Part shown: in pieces, positions 1-10,129 of the stretch | Layout of the letters: each line of letters opens with the position of its first letter | Numbering within the stretch: position 1 is the stretch's first letter | Translations under genes and position numbers: made by a program | NCBI GenBank assembly: GCA_965221955.1 | Contig: CBDCTA010000005.1 | Coordinates: 8,524-72,523, forward strand | Length of the DNA: 64,000 nt | Origin: Gammaproteobacteria bacterium | Lineage (GTDB): Bacteria; Pseudomonadota; Gammaproteobacteria; UBA4575 | Reading direction: 5' to 3' | Notes under the pieces: generated by a model | The model's input: the letters and a program-made list of their open reading frames with translations, nothing else | Told to the model about the DNA's origin: nothing | The model's database searches: none

Positions 1-74
1 TTCCTATATATATCTATACAACTTATCTCAAAGGTCAGAAAGCAAACGAAATAGGCATGTAATTAAACTATTAT

Positions 75-104
75 AATGTCCGCTATTGGCCGAAAGCGGA
101 CATT
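75..104. repeat. Palindromic site AATGTCCGCT-N10-AGCGGACATT (copy 0)
   Basis: Perfect 10-bp inverted arms around ATTGGCCGAA; its reverse complement differs from the copy at 17236-17265 at only 2 nt. Confidence 0.9.
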
Positions 105-169
105 TCGAGTTCTCTTAACTTTAATCAGATACGTCATCCATGTTGTAAACTTTGTGAGTGCATCCATGC
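105..169 (-). repeat. Leader-like segment shared with 17171-17235
   Basis: Reverse complement of 75-169 aligns ungapped with 17171-17265 (72/95 identical, counted by hand), including GCATGGATGC and GATTAAAGTTA blocks. Confidence 0.8.
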
Positions 170-234
170 AGTCGTACAATTTCTGTGCTTCCGTCATACA
201 TGGAGGCCGAAGCAGACATTATTAATCAGTAAGA

Positions 235-2355
235 TTAATAATTCCGATATACGAAAGAACTCGAATTTCTTGCTTCTAGAAGTTTTGTGAGGTCAGTGGC
301 GATATGTGCAGTTTCGTCTAATAATACATCAATAAAAGCTTCATCATCGTCCAACTTATTAAGATTTTCCTCTGTATCTTTCAGTAAGTTTTCATACTCG
401 GAGCGTGTTGACTCAAGCCGTTTATATTCTTCTTTTCTAGTGGACTCTAGCAAAGAAACTGTTTTTTGATTTCTAACATCATAGTCCAGTTGAAATATTT
501 CAATTAAAGAATTGAATTTTTCATCTTCGCGTATTCTGCTTTTGTGTTTTTCAGCTGTTTGGTTAATGATCTGTACGTCTACATCGCCATAATGATGTTT
601 AACAGGGGAGATCGTGCTTGCAGGTAGCGCATTTTTTAATGCGCGTTCACCGTATGCTTCGTCTTCAGATAAGGTATTGAAATCGATGTCTGGAACAACA
701 CCTTGATGTTGAGTGCTGCTGCCGTTTATACGAAAATATTGCGCTATGGTTGCCTTTAATTGACCAAGCTTTTCGTCGTCACTCGTGCTGAAATTATTTA
801 AATCTACAAGTTGTTGTACGGTGCCTTTACCAAATGTAGTTTCACCTGCGACGATGCCGCGTCGATAATCCTGAATTGCGCTGGCTACAATTTCAGAGGC
901 CGATGCACTATAGCGATCAACTAAAACCACTAACGGTCCATAATATGAAATATCAGAGTCACGATCACGATGTACTTCAATATGGCCACTTGAGTCTTGT
1001 ACTTGCACGATCGGGCCTTCATCTATAAATAGGCCAGCCAACTGAGTCGCTTCTGTCAGTGAGCCGCCCCCGTTTCCGCGCAAGTCTAAAATTAATGCAT
1101 CAATTTTTTGTTTTTTAAGCTCTGTGAGCAAGTTGTTCACATCGCGAGTGGTGCTTCTATAATCTTTGTCACCACGTTGGTATGCAGCAAAATCGATGTA
1201 AAAAGTGGGTACATCGATCACTCCAATTTTATATTGTTGTGCGCCTTCTTCTATTTCGATGACTTCACTCTTGGCAGCTTGTTCTTCTAATTTAATTTTG
1301 TCACGAGTAATTTGAATTTCTTTTATCTTTGCGGCTTGACCTTCATCACCCGGTAATATTTGCAAATTTACTTTGGTGCCTTTAGCGCCACGAATTAATG
1401 CAACCACTTCTTCCAAGCGCCAACCCACTACATCTTTAAATTCTTTTTCGTTTTCTTGTGAGATACCTACAATCCTGTCAGTACCGTGTAATAAATCACT
1501 TAAATCTGCTGGCCCGCCAGGGATGATTTTTTCTACTACTGTATATTCGCCATCTGTTCTCAATAACGCACCAATACCTTCTAATGAAAGGCTCATTCGA
1601 ATTTCAAAGTTTTTAGAAGTTCTTGGTGATAAATAGTTAGTATGAGGTTCTAAAGTACTTGCAAACGCATTGATGAAAAGTTGATAGACATCTTCAGCAT
1701 CTACTTGTGTACTGCGTTTAGCAATACCTCTGTACCGCTTTTCTAATGTCTCTTTGATTTCTGAAGGTTTTTTATCTGCGAGTCTTAAAGTTAGTACATC
1801 GTTTTTTACACGCTTACGCCAGATTTCATTTAATTCATTACTGTTCTGAGCCCATGCAGATTCTGAACGATCTATGATTAACTCTTCATCAATTTTAAAA
1901 TTAAATTTATCTTCTAACAAATCTAAGGCAAATAATACACGTTCATCTACTCGTGCTTGATATAAGCGGAACATTTGGAAAGGAGCATTTAAATCTGTTC
2001 TAGAAATTGCATCATCTAGTTTGAAACGAAAGATTTGAAAACTATCAATATCCTTTTGATAGAAATAGCTGCGATTTGGATCTAATGCTTCGAGATAAGC
2101 ATTTAATATTTGAGCAGAAAGCGTGTTGTTGATATTAAATTCTTTATAGTGGTACTTATCTAAAAAATGCGTGATCAGTTTAGTGGCACGATTATGTTGT
2201 TTTCCAGGACTAAGAATTTCGCTTGTATTACTATAGCTAACGCTGCTTGCAGCAATCAGCGTTAATGCGGTGAGACAGAAAAGGATTAATTTTGAAGAGA
2301 ATTTTTCCAAAATAGAATGCTTAATATTGATGTAATTAATGTGCAGTTTAGACAA
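235..2355 (-). CDS. prc: Tail-specific (carboxy-terminal processing) protease, S41 family
   Basis: PDZ region (GIGALL...GGPAD), DLRGNGGGSL, catalytic SASASEIV and TFGKGTVQ motifs, signal peptide; true start may be a little downstream. Confidence 0.93.
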   Translation of the reverse strand: MSKLHINYINIKHSILEKFSSKLILFCLTALTLIAASSVSYSNTSEILSPGKQHNRATKLITHFLDKYHYKEFNINNTLSAQILNAYLEALDPNRSYFYQKDIDSFQIFRFKLDDAISRTDLNAPFQMFRLYQARVDERVLFALDLLEDKFNFKIDEELIIDRSESAWAQNSNELNEIWRKRVKNDVLTLRLADKKPSEIKETLEKRYRGIAKRSTQVDAEDVYQLFINAFASTLEPHTNYLSPRTSKNFEIRMSLSLEGIGALLRTDGEYTVVEKIIPGGPADLSDLLHGTDRIVGISQENEKEFKDVVGWRLEEVVALIRGAKGTKVNLQILPGDEGQAAKIKEIQITRDKIKLEEQAAKSEVIEIEEGAQQYKIGVIDVPTFYIDFAAYQRGDKDYRSTTRDVNNLLTELKKQKIDALILDLRGNGGGSLTEATQLAGLFIDEGPIVQVQDSSGHIEVHRDRDSDISYYGPLVVLVDRYSASASEIVASAIQDYRRGIVAGETTFGKGTVQQLVDLNNFSTSDDEKLGQLKATIAQYFRINGSSTQHQGVVPDIDFNTLSEDEAYGERALKNALPASTISPVKHHYGDVDVQIINQTAEKHKSRIREDEKFNSLIEIFQLDYDVRNQKTVSLLESTRKEEYKRLESTRSEYENLLKDTEENLNKLDDDEAFIDVLLDETAHIATDLTKLLEARNSSSFVYRNY

Positions 2356-2641
2356 TGAAGTATCTCGCTCGCGGCTGTAATCTTAGAGGAAAGCTGTGAA
2401 TGATTAAATTTTATACGTTATGTCACTGAGTGGGGGAGAGCTTTGTTATGCTTTTGACCACTTTAAAATCAAGTATATATTTGTAAGCAATTGATTGTAA
2501 GGACTATATTTAACTTGTTATGCTTTTACAGTTAAAGCGGCATGAAGAGCCGCCCAAATGCGATAAACTGAAGAAAGTAATGTCCATGACAATCGCTTAA
2601 GTTTGTCGTTATAAAGACCCTAATAACAATATAAAAATCCT

Positions 2642-4126
2642 TTGACTACTGAAAATACCATCGTAATCGGCAAAAGCGATGCTGTGCAGCGTCTTTTCCT
2701 TAACCGAGCTAATCGCCATGGCTTAATCGCAGGCGCTACAGGTACGGGTAAGACCGTCACTTTGCAAATACTGGCTGAAGGCTTTTCACAAGCAGGTGTA
2801 CCGGTGTTTGCAGCAGATATTAAGGGAGATTTAAGCGGTATCAGCCAAGCCATCGAAGAAAAGCCCAAACTGGTTGAGCGGGCAGCTAAAACCGGAGTAG
2901 AAGGGTATACACCGCGTGGTTTCCCAACCGTATTTTGGGATATCTTTGGTAAACAGGGGCATCCAGTGCGCACCACAATCTCGGAAATGGGTCCGTTGTT
3001 GTTGTCGCGTTTGTTGGACTTAAATGACACACAAGAAGGCGTATTAAATATTGCCTTTAAACTGGCGGATGATCAGGGTCTATTGTTGTTAGATTTCAAA
3101 GATTTGAGAGCAATGCTTAACTATGTAGGTGAGAATGCATCTGAGCTCACAATCGACTATGGGAATGTCAGTAAACAATCGATAGGTGCGATTCAGCGCC
3201 GCTTATTAGTACTTGAACAACAAGGTGCTAAAAACTTTTTTGGTGAGCCTGCTTTAGAGCTGAAAGATCTAATGCGTACTACCGAAGAAGGCAAAGGATT
3301 TATTAATTTATTTGCTGCGGATGAACTCATGCAAAATCCGCGACTCTATTCGACGTTCTTGCTCTGGCTACTGTCTGAGTTATTTGAAGAGCTTCCCGAG
3401 GTGGGTGATCCAGATAAACCCAAGCTAGTATTTTTCTTCGATGAAGCTCATTTGTTATTTGACGATGCCCCCAAGGCATTGGTTCAAAAAGTTGAGCAGG
3501 TGGTTCGTTTGATTCGTTCTAAAGGTATAGGCGTATATTTTGTCACGCAGAACCCAATAGATGTCCCTGATGAAGTATTAGGGCAATTGGGAAATCGAAT
3601 TCAACACGCGCTGCGTGCTTACACTCCACGAGACAAGAAAGCGGTTAAAGCCGCTGCCACTACTTTTAGAGAAAATTCTGAGCTCGATACTGAAAAAGTG
3701 ATTACTGAACTGGGTGTAGGCGAGGCATTAGTGTCTGTTTTGGATCCGGAGGGTGTACCAACAGTTGTGCAACAAACTAAAATTCGTCCTCCTGAATCCA
3801 GAATGGGGCCTGCCACGAAGCCAGAGCGCAAGACTGTGTTTGGGCAAAGTCCAATCAAAGATATTTACGATAAACGTATAGATCGTGAAAGTGCCGCAGA
3901 GAAACTTAAAGCACGTGCTGAAGAAGCAGCTAAAGAAGCTGAAAACAAGGCAAATAAAGAAAGAGAATATGAGGCAAAGAAACCTAAAAAAACGACTCGT
4001 AAAAAACGTAGTAGAAGAGAAACGACAACCCAAACTGTTGTTAAGAGTGCGACTAAAGTAATCACTTCACGGATTGGGCAATCGATTATCCGTGGAATTA
4101 TGGGTTCAATTTTTAAAGGAAGATAG
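2642..4126 (+). CDS. DUF853/YjgR-type HerA-like P-loop ATPase
   Basis: [16 protein letters not shown] Walker [11 protein letters not shown] Walker [15 protein letters not shown]. Confidence 0.88.
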   Translation: MTTENTIVIGKSDAVQRLFLNRANRHGLIAGATGTGKTVTLQILAEGFSQAGVPVFAADIKGDLSGISQAIEEKPKLVERAAKTGVEGYTPRGFPTVFWDIFGKQGHPVRTTISEMGPLLLSRLLDLNDTQEGVLNIAFKLADDQGLLLLDFKDLRAMLNYVGENASELTIDYGNVSKQSIGAIQRRLLVLEQQGAKNFFGEPALELKDLMRTTEEGKGFINLFAADELMQNPRLYSTFLLWLLSELFEELPEVGDPDKPKLVFFFDEAHLLFDDAPKALVQKVEQVVRLIRSKGIGVYFVTQNPIDVPDEVLGQLGNRIQHALRAYTPRDKKAVKAAATTFRENSELDTEKVITELGVGEALVSVLDPEGVPTVVQQTKIRPPESRMGPATKPERKTVFGQSPIKDIYDKRIDRESAAEKLKARAEEAAKEAENKANKEREYEAKKPKKTTRKKRSRRETTTQTVVKSATKVITSRIGQSIIRGIMGSIFKGR

Positions 4127-4137
4127 GTATATCAAAG

Positions 4138-4518
4138 ATGGCTGAAAATTTATTACGCGAATGGGAAGTGTGTTTAAACAATGGTGATCTTGATGGGATC
4201 GTAGATTTATATACTAAGGATGCTGTTTTATGGGGTACTTTCTCAGATATTATTCGTGACAATCATGAATTAATTCGAGAATACTTTGAAAACTTATTTG
4301 AAAGAAAAAATCTTAAGGTAGAATTCGGAGCTTCTAACTTAAGAAGTTTTGGCCAGGCGGCTATATATTCTGGGGACTATAAATTCACCTATGAAGAGGA
4401 TGGAACTGTCGAATGCCCTTCAAGATTTTCATTTGTTTTTTATAAGAAAGCGGGTGAAGAATATAAAATAATTGACCATCATTCGTCTTTGATTCCTGAT
4501 ACAGGATCACGCGGATAA
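4138..4518 (+). CDS. NTF2/SnoaL-like (DUF4440) protein
   Basis: 126 aa, LYTKDAVLWGT...IREYF...RFSFVF...IIDHHSS pattern. Confidence 0.75.
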   Translation: MAENLLREWEVCLNNGDLDGIVDLYTKDAVLWGTFSDIIRDNHELIREYFENLFERKNLKVEFGASNLRSFGQAAIYSGDYKFTYEEDGTVECPSRFSFVFYKKAGEEYKIIDHHSSLIPDTGSRG

Positions 4519-5661
4519 GCCTTTTTTAATTCTATCAAGCCCTTCATCAATTTTTTCATCTGATAGTGCCCCATAAGACAATCGCAAGAAACAAGATGAT
4601 TGAATTCCAAAAGCGGATCCAGGGATCGTTGCTACTCCAAATTTTTCAATTAATGTTCTAGCTAACTGCATATCATCTTGTGTAGTGTCGATGTTCAAGA
4701 GCGTATAAAATGCGCCCTCTGATGTAGGTTGAGACTTTAATCTACTCAGATTGCTGAGTTTGTTTAATACCATTTCGCGTTTTATATACATCGCATGTCG
4801 TTTTTCTTCAAGGAAAATGCTTTCTGCACTTAATGCGCCGATTGCTGCATATTGTGAGACCATAGGTGGTGAAATGAGCACTGTATCTTGAATTTTTTTA
4901 ACCGCTGATAATAAATGTTGCGGTATTACCATATAACCGATACGCCAACCCGCAAATCCATAACCTTTGGAGAAAGAAAATAAAGAAATGGTGTGTTCAT
5001 GTGCGTGTTCTAGTGAAGCCGAGGAAAAATGTTCGTGCTCGCCATAATAAAAATCTTCGTATGCTTCGTCACTGATATGATAGATATTATGCTGTTTGCA
5101 TAATTGATTAATTTCTATTAACTCTTCTTTTGTATATACCACGCCGCTAGGATTATTGGGGCTAATAGTGACAATGGCTTTAGTTTTGTTTGTGATCGCA
5201 GCCTTAATTTTGTCTATGTCTAAATGAAAATCATCTTTACTGGCAACCAACACAGGCTTGCATTGTTCCATCGTTAAAGACATTTCATGATTAAAATAAT
5301 AGGGTAGGGATAATATAACTTCCTCTCCTGGATCAGTGATTGCGAGTATCGCGGTATTAAATGCCATATTGGATCCGGCGGTGACTACAATCGTATTGTT
5401 GTCGTCAACTTCAATATTGTTGGTTTGTTTTAATTTGGTTTTTAAGGCCTGTTGTAATTCAGGTATCCCTTCAACGGGACCATATCGATTAATCTCATCA
5501 TCATCTAAGTGTTTCCGAACGCTTTGAAAAGCTTGTTTTGGTGGATCATAAAAAGCGATGCCTTGGCCAAATGATATCGTGCCTGGATTGTTTCGGCTTA
5601 ATTCGCCAATGTAGGGAATAATAGGGGATTGAACGGCGTCCAGCCGTTTACTGTTTTTCAT
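4507..5661 (-). CDS. PLP-dependent aminotransferase class I/II
   Basis: SPNNPSG, ISDEAY, SFSKGYGFAGWRIGY (PLP lysine). Confidence 0.9.
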   Translation of the reverse strand: MKNSKRLDAVQSPIIPYIGELSRNNPGTISFGQGIAFYDPPKQAFQSVRKHLDDDEINRYGPVEGIPELQQALKTKLKQTNNIEVDDNNTIVVTAGSNMAFNTAILAITDPGEEVILSLPYYFNHEMSLTMEQCKPVLVASKDDFHLDIDKIKAAITNKTKAIVTISPNNPSGVVYTKEELIEINQLCKQHNIYHISDEAYEDFYYGEHEHFSSASLEHAHEHTISLFSFSKGYGFAGWRIGYMVIPQHLLSAVKKIQDTVLISPPMVSQYAAIGALSAESIFLEEKRHAMYIKREMVLNKLSNLSRLKSQPTSEGAFYTLLNIDTTQDDMQLARTLIEKFGVATIPGSAFGIQSSCFLRLSYGALSDEKIDEGLDRIKKGLSA

Positions 5662-5707
5662 CTCAATTTGAGAAAATCTTATTGTCTATTGTTAGATACG
5701 AGTGTTA

Positions 5708-7999
5708 TTAAATTGTTATGCGTCGATAAATGTCTGAGACTTTATAAGGCAATTTATCAACATGATCAATGACCGTAAAATTCACAGCACCATACATATG
5801 TTGCAAATAATCCATCGCTTCTTCGTCTATGGTGATACAAAAAGGGTGGATGCCTAAAAATTTAGCTTCTATCAATGCGCGTCTTGTATCTTCGATTCCA
5901 TATGGGCCACGATAACCATCTTGATCATCGGGTCTACCATCTGAAAGAGTAATTAAAAGTTTGGTGCGAGCCTCAACTTGATGCAATTTTTTTGTTAAAT
6001 GTCTAATTGCAGCACCCATGCGAGTATAGTCTTGTGGTTCGATTCCGCTAATGCGTGCTTTTACTTCTTTGTCATAGTTTTCATCAAACTCTTTAATTCT
6101 ATATAGTTCGCAACGTTGGTGGGTTACACCAGAAAAACCGTAGATTGCATATCGATCACCCAATATTTCAAGTGATTCACAAAGTAAAATCAAGGCTTCG
6201 CGCTCCATTTCATTAATCCAGCCGCTAGTGGAGCCGCTCATATCAATCATGAACATTACTGCAATGTTACGATCAACCTTGCGTGACTTAGTAAATAAAT
6301 TTTCTGAAGCCTCCATACCGATTTTTGTGTCAGTGAAGGCATCGATGACAGCATCCAGATCAATGTCGTCACCAAAAGGTTGACGTTTCATGCGCTTATC
6401 GTCTTCGCGCAAAGCTTCAAATGTTCTATGTAAATGTTTCAATAAGCCACGATGTTTATGTAAGGTGTTATTGACAAAATTATTATGAATAGGACGTACT
6501 TCAATTTCTTTTAAATGGCACCAGTCTTTGCGATATTTCTGCCTAGAGTGATCCCATTCGTCATAGAAGAAAACATTTTCAATGTTTTCTTCTATGACCT
6601 CTAAGTTCCCTTCAGACTCTTCTTCATTTTCAGCATAGTTATAATCAGTAACTAGATATTCGTCAGGAATACTGCCTTGGTCTTGTAATATCGAAGCTAA
6701 TAGTTGTTGTATATCTTCTGGTGGTTCAATGGCTTTTTCGTCGAACTGTAATTCGATTTTAAAACCATCCGGCATGCCATCATCTTCTATTTCTTTAATA
6801 GAGAAACCTTTTTCACCATTTTCAGCAATTGAGTCAACTGATATTTCTCCACTTTCATTTTTAGTGTTCTCACGACTCATTTTTTCAAGCTCTTGCTGCA
6901 AGAGTGTAAGCTTATCTTTTAAGGATTGTTTTTCTTTTATCTCTCTTGCTTCAATTGCTAATCGTGTTTCGTGTGGGTTTAATGAACCTTGATAAATTTT
7001 ATCTACAGGCATTTGTTCATCTTTATAAACGGCCTCGAGAAAAAACATGGTGTCTTGAACTGTTGCAGTGGGTTTGGATAGTTCCAAAAAGGCTCTTTGC
7101 CAATTTTTTGATAAATTATCTTGAATGTTATTCTCTTGTTGCTCGCTCAGAGCTTGCATTGCGCGTGCAATTCCAGGCAACTCGTTTTTAATGCGTGCGT
7201 CTAGGCGGATGGTTTCAAGTTTATGGAAGATAGACAAGGCGCGATCAGGATCTTTGAATCGTTTAATCAATGCTTCGACATTCATGCGCCAAGTGCCAAA
7301 CCAGGTTTGTGCCCACTGATGCACAGCCATGGCTTTGTATAAAGTAAAGTTATCTTCGCGTTTATTAAATAGTGAAGAAATTTCAGGAAGTCGTATTAAT
7401 TCAGTGTCGGTATAAAGCTCATCGTTTGCTTCAATTCCTAAATATCGCCCGCTTAATCCCATAACAAAACTTTCGAGTATGCGAGATACTTCATTTAAAG
7501 CAACGCTGCTAGGTGCAAGACTTAGCGATGTCACATAGCTTTCAACATTACGCATGGTATTGATGCAATCATCCATACCATTTTTATCATAGATAGTTAG
7601 TAAGTTAGCAATCCAATCATCCCAATTTTCTTCATCTACGAGCTTTAAACTTTGTGGGCCAAATTGACAGAAGCTGAAACCTAACTCAATACTGGTATTG
7701 CAAATTTTTTCAATAGTATTTAAAAAGCGATCTTGATCTACTTTGGCAGACCCTGCGAGTTCTTTAGCAGGTTCAAAAACACTGTTTTGAACGCTAAGCA
7801 CGGGTTCTACTAGTAGCTCCATACGTAGTTGTAGTTCGCGCACCCCCATTCCGCCATAAGATGCACTAGTCGTGAGTCCTCCTTGGCGTTCTAAGGATTT
7901 GATATGTCCACCATCCTTGCTATAAGCGGGGATTTCATATTTTTCATCACCGTTTTTGTTTTGGAGTTTTTTCCATTGTTTTTTCCAAAACATAATCAA
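5708..7999 (-). CDS. NorD/CbbO-like VWA-domain adaptor protein
   Basis: YDEWD...YRKDWC, GDDIDLDA, MIDAS DMSGST, YTRMGAAIRH, LSDGRPDD, YGIEDTRRA. Confidence 0.82.
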   Translation of the reverse strand: MIMFWKKQWKKLQNKNGDEKYEIPAYSKDGGHIKSLERQGGLTTSASYGGMGVRELQLRMELLVEPVLSVQNSVFEPAKELAGSAKVDQDRFLNTIEKICNTSIELGFSFCQFGPQSLKLVDEENWDDWIANLLTIYDKNGMDDCINTMRNVESYVTSLSLAPSSVALNEVSRILESFVMGLSGRYLGIEANDELYTDTELIRLPEISSLFNKREDNFTLYKAMAVHQWAQTWFGTWRMNVEALIKRFKDPDRALSIFHKLETIRLDARIKNELPGIARAMQALSEQQENNIQDNLSKNWQRAFLELSKPTATVQDTMFFLEAVYKDEQMPVDKIYQGSLNPHETRLAIEAREIKEKQSLKDKLTLLQQELEKMSRENTKNESGEISVDSIAENGEKGFSIKEIEDDGMPDGFKIELQFDEKAIEPPEDIQQLLASILQDQGSIPDEYLVTDYNYAENEEESEGNLEVIEENIENVFFYDEWDHSRQKYRKDWCHLKEIEVRPIHNNFVNNTLHKHRGLLKHLHRTFEALREDDKRMKRQPFGDDIDLDAVIDAFTDTKIGMEASENLFTKSRKVDRNIAVMFMIDMSGSTSGWINEMEREALILLCESLEILGDRYAIYGFSGVTHQRCELYRIKEFDENYDKEVKARISGIEPQDYTRMGAAIRHLTKKLHQVEARTKLLITLSDGRPDDQDGYRGPYGIEDTRRALIEAKFLGIHPFCITIDEEAMDYLQHMYGAVNFTVIDHVDKLPYKVSDIYRRITI

Positions 8000-8481
8000 C
8001 GATTACCTTTGCGTAGATTTTTTATTAAAAAGTCTTTCGCTTGATTGATTTTTGTAGCCAGATAATCGTTACCACCACGATCAGGATGAATTTTCTGAAT
8101 TAATTTTCGATGCGCTTCAATGATTTCTTCTTCAGTAGCATTTCTATCAACGCCCAATACTTTGTATGCTTCTTCGGTTGTCATTTTGGAATTTTGAGTG
8201 CTGTTATTTTCTGTACCTGTATGGTTTGGAGGGGTATCTGTGAATAGTCTTTGTAAAAAAGGCAAAAATTTCAAAAACCCCATAAATTTTTGAAATAAAG
8301 CTGCAAGCGTTGCGATTAAGGCAAACAACCAATGTAATCTTCCTGTGGCGGCCATTATGATCAAAACAATAGCAGCAAAGATAAGTACTGCTTGAATTTG
8401 TTTATTTTTCGGTTGCTTACGTAGCCAACGCAAGAATAATAAAATTCCAATAATTCCTGCGATGAGTAAGATTTGATTCAT
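7996..8481 (-). CDS. Membrane-anchored J-domain (DnaJ/Pam18-like) protein
   Basis: N-terminal TM helices; C-terminal EAYKVLG...HPDRGG...KINQAKD J-domain. Confidence 0.85.
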   Translation of the reverse strand: MNQILLIAGIIGILLFLRWLRKQPKNKQIQAVLIFAAIVLIIMAATGRLHWLFALIATLAALFQKFMGFLKFLPFLQRLFTDTPPNHTGTENNSTQNSKMTTEEAYKVLGVDRNATEEEIIEAHRKLIQKIHPDRGGNDYLATKINQAKDFLIKNLRKGNR

Positions 8482-8649
8482 AAGAATGGGTTAGTGTCTA
8501 AGGCTGGAAATTGTAGGGTTCCTTGCCAAAATTTAGTAGGTTGATTTTGGGCTATTGCTATATTTTGAAATAATTAAATTTTATTTTAACCCAAAAGTGC
8601 ATTTTGATCGTTTAAGCATGTAAATCTAGTGGAAAATAAAGGATTAAGC

Positions 8650-10110
8650 ATGAAACGTATCCAATCTTGGTCAATATTCGTAATAAGTTTACTCTTCATC
8701 TTAAGTTTAGGGCAGGTAGGGGCTTCTACACATGAAGGAGAGCATAGGAGCACCTTGGAAGATCAGTCAGAAGTCGCGGTTACTATTTATAACGATCAAT
8801 TAGCTTTAGTGAAAGACCTACGCACCATTCGTTTGGATAGTGGTTTTAATAAATTGGCGTTTCGTGAAGTGAGTGCCCAAATGCGACCAGAAACAGCATT
8901 ATTACGTAGCCTAAACTATCCTGATGGGTTTCGTCTAATCGAACAGAATTTTGATTTTGATCTGTTAACACCGCAAAAACTATTAGAAAAATATGTCGGT
9001 AAAAAAGTCAAAGTAGTGAAAACACATCCAACTACCGGGAAAGAAAAGTTGCTCGATGCAGTTGTGCTAAGTGTCAATAACGGGGTGGTATTGCGTATTG
9101 GCAATCGTATTGAAACAGGTGTTCCAGGGCGTATTGTATTTGATGAAGTACCAGGTAATTTGCGGGATCGACCAACCTTGGTTATGCAGCTTAACAGTGC
9201 GACTTCGAAAGCACAGCAGTTACAGCTTAGTTATTTAACCGGAGGTCTGTCTTGGAGGGCGGATTATGTAGCTGAGTTAGATGAGTCAGATGAATTTGTT
9301 GATTTAACGGGTTGGGTTACGTTAACCAATCAAAGTGGTGCAACCTATAAAAATGCCAAATTGCAACTTGTAGCCGGTGATGTAAATCGCGTACAAAATG
9401 GTTTTAAAGAGGCTAAGAGAAGATTTGAAATGTTAGCTGAAGAATCTATGGCAGCAGATGCGGATATGGTTGAAGAAGCTTTATTTGAATATCATTTGTA
9501 TACCCTACAACGACCCACTACGATAAAAGAAAATCAAACCAAACAGGTTTCATTATTAAGCGCAACAAAAATACCGGTTAAGAAGGAATTTTTATTAAAA
9601 GGTCAGAACTACTACTATCAAAGTTCGTATGGCTCTATTGGGCAAAAAATGAAAGTAGGTGTATTTGTAGAATTTAATAACGACAAGGAATCTAATTTAG
9701 GTATGCCATTACCGAAAGGAGTGGTGAGGGTTTATAAAAATGATCAATCAGGTAATGCACAGTTTGTAGGTGAAGACCGTATTGATCATACACCAAAAAA
9801 TGAAGAAGTAAGGTTAAAGCTTGGCGATGCCTTTGATGTAACCGCAGATAAAAAACAAACTCATTTCAAAAAAGCACATGCAATTGGTAAGTATAACTAT
9901 GCATACACCGCTAGTTTTCAAATCGATCTTAAAAATGCTAAAAATCAAGAGGTGGAAGTTGTTGTACAAGAGCCTATTCCAGGTGATTGGAAAATGAAAA
10001 AGCAAAGCCATGAGCATGAAAAAGTGGCTTCAGGTACTGCGGAGTGGAGAATCAAAGTACCAGCAGAAGGTAAAACCACTTTGACATATGAGGTATTGAT
10101 AAGATATTAG
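8650..10110 (+). CDS. DUF4139/DUF4140 secreted protein, copy 1
   Basis: Signal peptide, VAVTIYN..LALVKD, LSYLTGGLSWRADY, EYHLYTL; start taken at ATG 8650 (ORF from GTG 8629). Confidence 0.8.
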   Translation: MKRIQSWSIFVISLLFILSLGQVGASTHEGEHRSTLEDQSEVAVTIYNDQLALVKDLRTIRLDSGFNKLAFREVSAQMRPETALLRSLNYPDGFRLIEQNFDFDLLTPQKLLEKYVGKKVKVVKTHPTTGKEKLLDAVVLSVNNGVVLRIGNRIETGVPGRIVFDEVPGNLRDRPTLVMQLNSATSKAQQLQLSYLTGGLSWRADYVAELDESDEFVDLTGWVTLTNQSGATYKNAKLQLVAGDVNRVQNGFKEAKRRFEMLAEESMAADADMVEEALFEYHLYTLQRPTTIKENQTKQVSLLSATKIPVKKEFLLKGQNYYYQSSYGSIGQKMKVGVFVEFNNDKESNLGMPLPKGVVRVYKNDQSGNAQFVGEDRIDHTPKNEEVRLKLGDAFDVTADKKQTHFKKAHAIGKYNYAYTASFQIDLKNAKNQEVEVVVQEPIPGDWKMKKQSHEHEKVASGTAEWRIKVPAEGKTTLTYEVLIRY

Positions 10111-10129
10111 TCTTAATAAAGGATATAAC

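Noticed and set aside
2642-4126. HerA-type anti-phage system
   Set aside because: It is the widespread DUF853/YjgR type, with no adjacent nuclease or SIR2 partner
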